Positions 41,361 through 49,974 of a stretch of DNA of 64,000 nucleotides are shown piece by piece. The stretch's first letter is position 1; the number at the start of each line of letters is the position of its first letter. The notes below the pieces were generated by a model, which was given only the letters and a program-made list of their open reading frames with translations, was not told where the DNA came from and made no database searches. The stretch is from Eledone cirrhosa. Its lineage: Eukaryota. Made by a program: the position numbers and the translations under genes. The DNA lies in the NCBI GenBank assembly GCA_964016885.1, contig OZ024744.1, forward strand, positions 115,568,001 to 115,632,000. The letters run 5' to 3'.

Positions 41361-41975
41361 TGTGCGTGTGTGTGTGTGTGTGCATGCGTACATATGTATG
41401 CATGCATATTTTCCTCAGTCCCTTAATTTCAAGTACATGTTTGACTAACCACCTTCCCTGTGACAACGTTGTAAAGAAATCGCCATAATCTCTTGTGTCA
41501 ACATTCATCCTTTAAATTGTAAAATTCTTTACAAATTTTGAAGGTGCCAGCTATCACAGCCATTTGTAGTCTATGAATTAGGGAGCTGCGTTCTTTGACC
41601 ACAAATCCAAGTTCATTATACTTTGGTCGAAGTGGGTTGGTATATAACCTGTAGCTCCAAATATGAAGCTGAGGGTGTATCTTGGATATTGGATCTATAA
41701 ACTCCTCATCAATGGTCTGTAGATGTCCTCCCTCTCCTGTATTTTTCTTACAACATTGACATCATGTGGGCAGCTGATCTCTACAACAGAGCACGTTTTC
41801 AATGTGTGGTCCCAAACAACAATATCAGGCCGGTTGTGTTTTAATTTGGTGGCAGTATTTATTTTCAGGTTCCACCAGTATTCCTTAATGCCATCTATCT
41901 CAACATATTCCTCCCTATTTGTTTTTCGTCTTCTGTAATACATTCCAAATCGTTCTAACTATGTCTTTGTTGTTC
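41361..41975 (-). mobile_element. Second, heavily 5'-truncated R4-like element (REL domain, 3' UTR, CA/TA-rich end), diverged from the first
   Basis: Minus strand: KEYWWNLKINTATKLKHNRPDIVVWDHTLKTCSVVEISCPHDVNVVRKIQEREDIY, then FGATGYI and GTFKICK, colinear with 37131-37649. TG-rich repeat at 41361-41406. Confidence 0.85.
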
Positions 41976-42199
41976 TTCCTCTACTAGTTTCTTTGCTTGA
42001 TAACTACTGGTACTTCTTCACTCAACAATCATCATCAACAGGTTGATCACCCTATACCTCCACCCACTGAGGGACATTTAGCTATTATCTCTAGCAGGCT
42101 GGTCACCCAATATGATATATATTGATACAGGAACATATTTCTGGAATTAGTTCCATTTCTCTATTTATATTCCATACACTGTTGATCATTCATAACATC

Positions 42200-42385
42200 T
42201 GCTCTTTGTCTATCTGTCTAGTCTGTATCTCTGTCTATCTACCTTGTTTGTATATCTATCTATATATCTGTTTCTCTACCTGTCCATCTATCTATCTTTG
42301 TCTATCGTGTCCCTCTGTCTATCTAACTACATTGTTTGAGTATCTATATATCTATCTATATTGTTTGTCTCTCTGTCTATCTAAC
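42200..42385. repeat. Degenerate (TCTA/TCTG)n low-complexity tract
   Basis: tctatctgtctagtctgtatctctgtctatct...tctatctatct... Confidence 0.7.
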
Positions 42386-42431
42386 TTAATAGTTACATCT
42401 TTTGCCAAAACTTACAATGGGCTTAATCCTT

Positions 42432-43148
42432 TAACATTTACATTACTCTATATATACTATTGTATTTTCACAGTAAAGGCTTTACCTCACATAATATCTC
42501 ACATAACATTTACATTACTCTATATATACTATTGTATTTTCACAGTAAAGTCTTTACTTCACATAATATCTCGCATAACATTTACATTATTCTATATATA
42601 CTACTAGCTGAGGTACCCGGTAATACCCAGGAGCGGGGGTATTCCCAGTTCCCATTAAAATGCCCAATCAATGCCTCTCAGACCAAAAATGAAATCAAAA
42701 TATAGGACAGATAATCAAAAGCGAAGACAAATTCATTTACGAAACAATGACACAAACAAATATTGTTGAGTGCATTGGTCAGGCGAAAAAATGTTTGTCA
42801 GAGAAGTTGAGTGTTGCTATAAGGAAAAAAATAGAACTCCCATTAGGGTGTCTTAATATTATTTAAATATTAATATTGAATAGGCATTATATCTTGTCAT
42901 TTACCTATGGTTTAAATTCCATATAAATCGATGGGAAAAAATTAAGCGGGGGTTTTCAGCTGGGTTTGAACCCCCGGGAACCCTTTGATTAAAATGAAAT
43001 ATACGCAAGAAATCAAATGGGCATGAGCCCCACACATGTGTCAAGTTTCATCAAGATCGGTTTGGTAGTTTTTGAGTTTTAGGTTCACAAACAAACAGAC
43101 AGAAATTGCCATATATTTTCACAGTAAAGGCTTTACCCCAAATAATAT
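42432..43148. repeat. 72-bp tandem repeat, three copies, the third split by a Helitron-like insertion
   Basis: taacatttacatta at 42432, 42504 and 42576. The third copy stops at ...tatatacta (42603) and resumes as tattttcacagtaaaggctttacc at ~43114. Confidence 0.88.
42604..43112 (-). mobile_element. Non-autonomous Helitron-like element (~510 bp)
   Basis: Minus-strand 3' end CTAG (plus ctag 42604-42607) is followed by host T. An imperfect GC-rich hairpin (cccggtaatacccagg) lies ~8 nt inside. The opposite end, aagtttcatcaagatcggtt...acaaacaaacagacaga, resembles Lep1-type non-autonomous Helitrons. Inserted at an A^T with no TSD; the 5' TC end is not visible. Confidence 0.7.
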
Positions 43149-43438
43149 AATAATAATAATGAAATTAATGTGTACAGTGCTCAGGTGCACTACAATTCAT
43201 CAAAGGTGCATGTATAGTACATAGAATAATGTACAAATGTCAGGAAAATGAACAGTGTACGAGTCATGAAATACATGTGTGCGTGTGTATGGAAGGGGGA
43301 TATCAGGTATAGTGTTGGCGAATCTCAGGAAGTATGGAGGTTTTAAAGCATGCAGTGTTTCGACATCTAATAACTGATGCAGGTAGTTTGTTCCATCCTT
43401 CAGCAACTCTGAGCGTGAAAAAATGTTTCCGAAAGTCT
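43141..43438 (-). mobile_element. 5'-truncated CR1-clade LINE 3' end
   Basis: Minus strand 43437-43303 reads DFRKHFFTLRVAEGWNKLPASVIRCRNTACFKTSILPEIRQHYT*, the CR1 ORF2 C-terminal FF..RV...WN.LP......FK motif. It is followed by a 3' UTR and a (TTA)n tail. Confidence 0.85.
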
Positions 43439-43460
43439 GTGTACTAAAGATAAACTATGA

Positions 43461-43529
43461 TGTCATGGGATCTCAGGCAGACTCACAGAGAATGTAGACT
43501 TTGTATGCAACAAATGCACAGGAGCAGTG
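43461..43529 (+). mobile_element. Short Cys-rich coding remnant, probably the PHD-like finger half found in some RTE-clade ORFs
   Basis: Reads CHGISGRLTENVDFVCNKCTGAV (C-x13-F-x-C-x2-C). Family assignment is from recollection. Confidence 0.45.
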
Positions 43530-43534
43530 TGCAT

Positions 43535-43735
43535 AAATAATCATTTAAATGGAGCTAAGTTTAAAATGTAACTTTGAAGAAATAACAGATAAATGATATC
43601 GATATTCCTTTCTGAAGAACAGTCAGATAAAATTTACCTAATCTTTCCTCTTAGTCCATAGAAATTAACTAGACAAATAATCATTTAAACGGAGCTAAGT
43701 CTAAAATATAAGTTTGAAGACATAAAAGATAAATT
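43535..43735. repeat. Diverged ~60-bp direct repeat, 140-bp spacing
   Basis: aaataatcatttaaa(t/c)ggagctaagt(t/c)taaaat(g/a)taa(c/g)tttgaaga at 43535 and 43675. Confidence 0.75.
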
Positions 43736-43828
43736 TATTCCTTTAGACCCAACTGTCGACAGTTTCATTCATACTTTGTGGAAATGTTTAATCGTTGCAT
43801 TATCCATGAGGCTTCGAGATTATCAAAT

Positions 43829-43950
43829 GGTGAAGGTGCATGGCTGAGTGGTTAGAGAATTAGATTCGCAATCATGAGGTAGTGAGTTCAATTCCTGGAC
43901 CAGGCGGTGCGTTATGTCCTTGAGCAAGACATTTTATTTCACATTGCTCG
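43829..43950 (+). mobile_element. tRNA-derived SINE head (family A), 3'-truncated
   Basis: Pol III A box tggctgagtgg (43841-43851) and B box gagttcaattcc (43884-43895), then gtccttgagcaagacattttatttcacattgctc. Reverse-complement copies occur at ~46245-46305 and ~49180-49300. Confidence 0.8.
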
Positions 43951-44078
43951 TTCTACCTGGAGTTGCGACCGATAGATAGTATTAGCAACTGGAAAGACCA
44001 AAGGAAACATTGTTTCCTCGGTCCAATTTGACGAAACTCGATCGACTGTCAATATATATATAAATGGTAAAAAAAAAA

Positions 44079-46306
44079 CCTTTGGTCAGGAATGACCATG
44101 GGATTTGCATCTAGAAAGTTCCCCTCCAGGGCACAAATCAAAGGAAAGTTGTATTTGTGGAAAACCAGCAGTCATCCATACATACCAATCTTCCCTCTCC
44201 ACATCATCAATGTTGTCCAATGGTTGATACAGCTTGGCACTAGTGATGTGATAACATACAATATATATACATTATATATTGGAAGGAGAAAACTCTTAGT
44301 GTGAAATTGGGGTTTGAAATAAATCTTTTGTGACATCAGTCCTGGAACTTTTCTGACACACCTCGTAGACTCTATATATATTGTTGTCCAAGGTAACGGC
44401 AAAGGCCAGCACAGCTTGGCACCAGTGACAATCATAATTATAGATATAACTTTGATAGGTTTCGGCCAGTATTGGCCCAGGGCATGTCTAACTTAATAGC
44501 ACCACCTGGCAACACTATATATGTATTATATATGATGTTGTCAAAGGGAAAGGTAATGTCTGATACAGCTTGGTACCAGTGACATCACAACTATATATAT
44601 ACTATATATATTATATATGATGTTGTCCAAGGGAAAGGTAATGTCTGATACAGCTTGGTACCAGTGACATCACAACTATATATATACTATATATATATAT
44701 TATATATGATGTTGTCCAAGGGAAAGGTAATGTCTGATACAGCTTGGTACCAGTGACATCACAACTATATATATACTATATATATTATATATGATGTTGT
44801 CCAAGAGAAAGGTAATGTCTGATACAGCTTGGTACCAGTGACATCACAACTATATATATACTATATATATATTATATATGATGTTGTCCAAGGGAAAGGT
44901 AATGTCTGAAACAGCTTGGTACCAGTGACATCACAACTATATATATACTATATATATATATTATATATGATGTTGTCCAAGGGAAAGGTAATGTCTGATA
45001 CAGCTTGGTACCAGTGACATCACAACTATATATATACTATATATATTATATATGATGTTGTCCAAGGGAAAGGTAATGTTTGATACAGCTTGGTACCAGT
45101 AACATCACAACTATATATATACTATATATATATATTATATATGATGTTGTCCAAGAGAAAGGTAATGTCTGATACAGCTTGGTACCAGTGACATCACAAG
45201 TATATATATACTATATATATATTATATATGATGTTGTCCAAGGCAGAGGTAATGTCTGATACAGCTTGGTACCAGTGACATCACAACTATATATATACTA
45301 TATATATTATATATGATGTTGTCCAAGGGAAAGGTAATGTCTGATACAGCTTGGTACCAGTGACATCACAACTATATATATACTATATATATTATATATG
45401 ATGTTGTCCAAGAGAAAGGTAATATCTGATACAGCTTGGTACCAGTGACATCACAACTATATATATACTATATATATTATATATGATGTTGTCCAAGAGA
45501 AAGGTAATATCTGATACAGCTTGGTACCAGTGACATCACAACTATATATATACTATATATATTATATATGATGTTGTCCAAGAGAAAGGTAATGTCTGAT
45601 ACAGCTTGGTACCAGTGACATCACAACTATATAGATACTATATATATATTATATATGATGTTGTCCAAGAGAAAGGTAATGTCTGATACAGCTTGGTACC
45701 AGTAACATCACAACTATATATATACTATATATATATATTATATATGATGTTGTCCAAGGGAAAGGTAATGTCTGATACAGCTTGGTACCAGTGACATCAC
45801 AACTATATATATACTATATATATATTATATATGATGTTGTCCAAGGGAAAGGTAATGTCTGATACAGCTTGGTACCAGTGACATCACAACTATATATATA
45901 CTATATATATTATATATGATGTTGTCCAAGGGAAAGGTAATGTCTGATACAGCTTGGTACCAGTGACATCACAACTATATATATACTATATATATTATAT
46001 ATGATGTTGTCCAAGGGACAGGTAATGTCTGATACAGCTTGGTACCAGTGACATCACAACTATATATATACTATATATATATTATATATGATGTTGTCCA
46101 AGAAAGGTAATGTCTGATACAGCTTGGTACCAGTGACATCACTACTATATATATATTATATATGATGTTGTCCAAGGGAAAGGTAATGTCTGATACAGCT
46201 TGGTACCAGTGACATCACAACCTATTTCTAGAGCTGAGTAAACTGGAGCAACATGAAATAAAGTGTGTTGCTCAAGGACACAACACATCACCAGGTCCAG
46301 GTATCG
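44079..46306 (-). mobile_element. SINE (family A-type head) with a body segment expanded into the 85-89-bp array
   Basis: The array exits directly into cctatttctagagctgagtaaactggagcaacatgaaataaagtgtgttgctcaaggacacaac, matching 49160-49220 and the reverse complement of ~43895-43950. The left part 44079-44250 leads into the same gttgtccaa...gatacagcttggcac segment. The left boundary is partly from recollection of this repeat family. Confidence 0.7.
44514..46221. repeat. 85-89-bp minisatellite (~20 copies): constant ~57-bp core plus a variable (TA)n spacer
   Basis: Core gatgttgtccaagggaaaggtaatgtctgatacagcttggtaccagtgacatcacaac followed by tatatatatactatatata(ta)nttatatat. gacatcacaa occurs at 44581, 44666 and 44755. 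Confidence 0.96.
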
Positions 46307-46338
46307 CCATACTTCACTGAATCACCTATACTATATAT

Positions 46339-46459
46339 TAGGGCACCAGCTGTAGAAACCAAGCCACACAGTTCTGTATAAACAAGACATGGTCAGCTGA
46401 CTCATAACATCTCAGCTAATCCATGCGGGTTAAAATGGACATTAAATAGTAATGATGAT
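46339..46459 (+). mobile_element. 3' fragment of a SINE with a degenerate (ATG)n tail
   Basis: cagctgtagaaaccaagcca...aaaatggacattaaatagtaatgatgat matches the reverse complement of 48957-49050. Confidence 0.6.
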
Positions 46460-46474
46460 ATGTATACACTTGTC

Positions 46475-48590
46475 ACATGCTAAAATCAGTCAGTTGGAAT
46501 TTTCAGACGACATGATGTTACTTAACCCGACAGAAGGTGACTTTCAACATGCCCTTAGGCATTAGGTTTGATGCAGAGTGCTACATGACGGGAATCAAAA
46601 TTAGTGCAGCGAAAACTGAGACACTCGTCCTCTCAAAGAAGCCTGCACAGTACACTCTATATGAGAATGGAGTTCCACTGAAGCAGGTAGTGAAGTTCAA
46701 GTATCTCGGGGCCATGTTCACGGGTGATGGAAGGCAGGAGGCTGAATTAAGTGCAAGAATTGCAGGAGCTGATGTAGTAATGTACCAGCTTCACCATTTA
46801 GTAATCAGAAGGGAGATAGATGTAAATACCAAACGCGCTACCTTCAATTCAGTATTCATGCCAACCCTTACCTATGGTCATGATTCTTGGGTAATGACCG
46901 AAAGAATATGATCCCAAATATAAGGAGCTGAAATGGGTTTGGGGATAAGGTTACTTACTGAAAGATCACAACTCTGATACTATGACATGTGGTTAGAATG
47001 TCTCAGGAAAGAATCTCTGAATTGAGAGATCACAGCGCTGATACTACAGACATGTGGTTAGAATGTCTCAGGAAAGAATCTCTGAATTGAGAGATACTCT
47101 GATACTATGACATGTGTTTAGAATGTCTCAGGAAAGAATCTCTGAATTGAGAGATCACAGCTCTGATACTACAGACATGTGGTTAGAATGTCTCAGGAAA
47201 GAATCTCTGAATTGAGAGATCACAGCTCTGATACTATGTACATGTGGTTAGAATGTCTACGGAAAGAATCTCTGAATTGAGAGGTCACAGCTCTGATTCT
47301 ACAGACATGTGGTTAGAATGTCTCAGGAAAGAATCTCTGAATTGAGAGGTCACAACTCTGATACTATGGACATGTGGTTAGAATGTCTCAGGAAAGAATC
47401 TCTGAATTGAGAGATCACAGCTCTGATACTATGACATGTGGTTAGAATGTCTCAGGAAAGAATCTCTGAATTGAGAGGTCACAACTCTGATACTATGACA
47501 TGTGGTTAGGATGTCTCAGGAAAGAATCTCTGAATTGAGAGGTCACAACTCTGATACTATGACATGTGGTTAGGATGTCTCAGGAAAGAATCACTGTATT
47601 GAGAGATCACAGCTCTGATACTATGACATGTGGTTAGAATGTCTCAGGAAAGAATCTCTGAATTGAGAGATCACAACTCTGATACTATGACATGTGGTTA
47701 GAATGTCTCAGGAAAGAATCTCTGAATTGAGAGGTCACAACTCTGATACTATGACATGTGGTTAGGATGTCTCAGGAAAGAATCACTGTATTGAGAGATC
47801 ACAGCTCTGATACTATGACATGTGGTTAGAATGTCTCAGGAAAGAATCTCTGAATTGAGAGATCACAACTCTGATACTATGACATGTGGTTAGAATGTCT
47901 CAGGAAAGAATCTCTGAATTGAGAGATCACAGCTCTGATACTATGACATGTGGTTAGAATGTCTCAGGAAAGAATCTCTGAATTGAGAGATCACAGCTCT
48001 GATACTATGACATGAGGTTAGAATGTCTCAGGAAAGAATCTCTGAATTGAGAGATCACAGCTCTGATACTATGACATGTGGTTAGAATGTCTCAGGAAAG
48101 AATCTCTGAATTGAGAGATCACAGCTCTGATACTATGACATGTGGTTAGAATGTCTCAGGAAAGAATCTCTGAATTGAGAGATCACAGCTCTGATACTAT
48201 GACATGTGGTTAGAATGTCTCAGGAAAGAATCTCTGAATTGAGAGATCACAGCTCTGATACTACAGACATGTGGTTAGAATGTCTCAGGAAAGAATCTCT
48301 GAATTGAGAGGTCACAACTCTGATACTATGACATGTGGTTAGAATGTCTCAGGAATGAATCTCTGGACAAATTTTACGGGCAAAGGCAACCGGCAAGAGA
48401 CCCAGGGCTAGACCCTAACCAAGATAGTTGGATAACATCCATGAGCTTGGCTGGCCTCAGTTGGGGATTCAGCTGGATCAGTTGGTGACGGTTGCTTCTG
48501 ACAGGACCTGCTGGAAGGAGGGTTTGAGAACTCCGCCCCCATAATCCTCTCAAGAATATATGGGCAAAGAAGAATAAGAGGATGATGTCC
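46475..48590 (+). mobile_element. 5'-truncated decayed RTE-clade LINE (Expander/Rex3-like), interrupted by a 64-bp array
   Basis: QLEFSDDMMLL (FADD), GIKISAAKTE, FKYLG, PTLTYGHDSWVMTERI*SQI*GAEMG, [array], then GQILRAKATGKRPRARP*PR*LDNIHELGWPQLGI..VASDRTCW, ending in a purine-rich gaagaataagaggatgatg tail. Confidence 0.9.
46958..48365 (+). repeat. 64/65-bp minisatellite (~22 copies) amplified from the RTE ORF C-terminal region
   Basis: Unit attgagagatcacagctctgatactatgacatgtggttagaatgtctcaggaaagaatctctga. The 65-bp copy at 47341 reads IERSQL*YYGHVVRMSQERIS in frame. Confidence 0.96.
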
Positions 48591-48751
48591 TTTCCTTGTG
48601 AGTGTAATCCATGTTTTAATTATTATTAGTTGTAATGAGTATGGCAATGACAGTAGCAGTGAAGAGCCTTCTCTAATTTGGGGTGGAGGGAGTTGCGGCT
48701 ACCCAGGAAGAGAGGTATAAGTACATAGGGTAGGTGGTTGATATGTAAGGT

Positions 48752-48865
48752 AATTGTTTCTACTTTTGGCACAAGGCCAGCAATTACCCAGTGCATTACT
48801 GCTACTTTATTTTATCAGTAATGCACTGGGTAATTGCTGGCCTTGTGCCAAATGTAGAAACAATT
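48752..48865. repeat. Near-perfect inverted repeat (50-bp arms, 1 mismatch, 14-nt loop) built from the family B SINE 3' tail
   Basis: 48752-48801 aattgtttctacttttggcacaaggccagcaattacccagtgcattactg versus 48816-48865 cagtaatgcactgggtaattgctggccttgtgccaaatgtagaaacaatt. Arm plus loop match ~49726-49790. Confidence 0.93.
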
Positions 48866-48956
48866 CTTTAATAGGTTATCATCACTTACCTCGCCCTTAC
48901 TACGCGGTCACCTCACTCCCTTTTAAATTCTAATACTCATAACTCCTTAGTAGCTG

Positions 48957-49300
48957 TGATCATCATCATCATCATCATTTTACGTCCACTTTTCCCTGCT
49001 TGCAAGGGTAGGACGGGAACTGATTCTGGCTTGATTTCTACAGCTGGATGTCCTTCCTAACACCAACCTCATTTACAGTGAGTGCTGGGTGCTTTTTGCC
49101 GTGTCACCTCTACCACCACTTTGCAGTGGAATGATAGGGACCCCAATCCCTATCATCTCATTTCTACAGCTGAGTAAACTGGAGCAATGTGAAATAAAGT
49201 GTCTTGCTCAAGGAAACAACACACCACCCGGTCTGAGAATTGAACTCACAACCTTTCGATTGTAAGGCCAATGCTCTAACCACTAAACCATGTGCCTCCA
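48957..49300 (-). mobile_element. Near full-length tRNA-derived SINE (family A head) with (ATG)n tail
   Basis: Minus strand starts tggaggcacatggtttagtggttagagc (A box), then gagttcaattct (B box), then ttccttgagcaagacactttatttcacattgctccag. It ends in a (CAT)n run on the plus strand at 48958-48978. Confidence 0.82.
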
Positions 49301-49844
49301 TAACTTATGAAATAATTGTTTCTACTATTGGCACAAGGCCAGCAATTGCCAGTGTATTACTGGTACTTTATTTTATCGACCCCGAAAGGATGAAGGGCAA
49401 AGTTAACCTCGGCGGGATTTGAACACATAATGGCAAGGGCCGTAACTCTATGCGTCAAAGCATGGTGTCCGACACTCTACCGATACTGCCAATCCAACGC
49501 CCTTTATAACTTATGAAATAATTGTTTCTACTTTAGGCACAAGGCCAACAATTATCCAGTGCATTACAGGTACTCTTATTTTATTGACCCCGTAAGGATA
49601 AAAGTCAAAGTTAACCTCGGCGGGATTTGAACTCAGATCGTAAAGGGACGTAACTATGCTGGAAAGCATGGCGTCCGACCCTCTACCGATACTGCCAATC
49701 CACCGCCCTTTATAACTTATGAAATAATTGTTTCTACTTTAGGCACAAAGCCAGCAATTACCCAGTGCATTACTGGTACTTTATTTTATCGACCCCGTAA
49801 GGATGAAAGGCAAAGTCAACCTCGGCTATAACTTATGAAATAAT
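49300..49844 (-). mobile_element. Three tandem copies of a second tRNA-derived SINE (family B), each bounded by the same 17-bp direct repeat
   Basis: ataacttatgaaataat at 49300, 49506, 49712 and 49828. Minus-strand heads have A box tggcagtatcgg and B box g(a/t)gttcaaatcc. The third copy lacks the head (116-bp unit versus 206 bp). Confidence 0.85.
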
Positions 49845-49974
49845 GATGACAGATGTGAGAACAGCTACTCTTGCTACTTGTGGAAGAAAATGAAATTTTT
49901 AAATAATCAAAACTATGTTTGAAGTGGGATACATAAAATGTTTATGTAGCTCTTTTACTGACAGTCTCCCTCTT

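Noticed and set aside
42122-42705. 161-aa and 81-aa hydrophobic ORFs
   Set aside because: Translations of a (TCTA)n tract and the 72-bp repeat.
43829-43905. tRNA gene
   Set aside because: A and B boxes are present, but I cannot fold a convincing cloverleaf, and it continues into a SINE body repeated elsewhere in the window.
44514-46221. CRISPR-like repeat-spacer array
   Set aside because: Spacers are near-identical (TA)n tracts rather than unique sequences, there are no cas genes, and the context is a eukaryotic SINE.
49300-49844. CRISPR-like array of 17-bp direct repeats
   Set aside because: The intervening sequences are homologous SINE copies of ~100-190 bp, not unique spacers.
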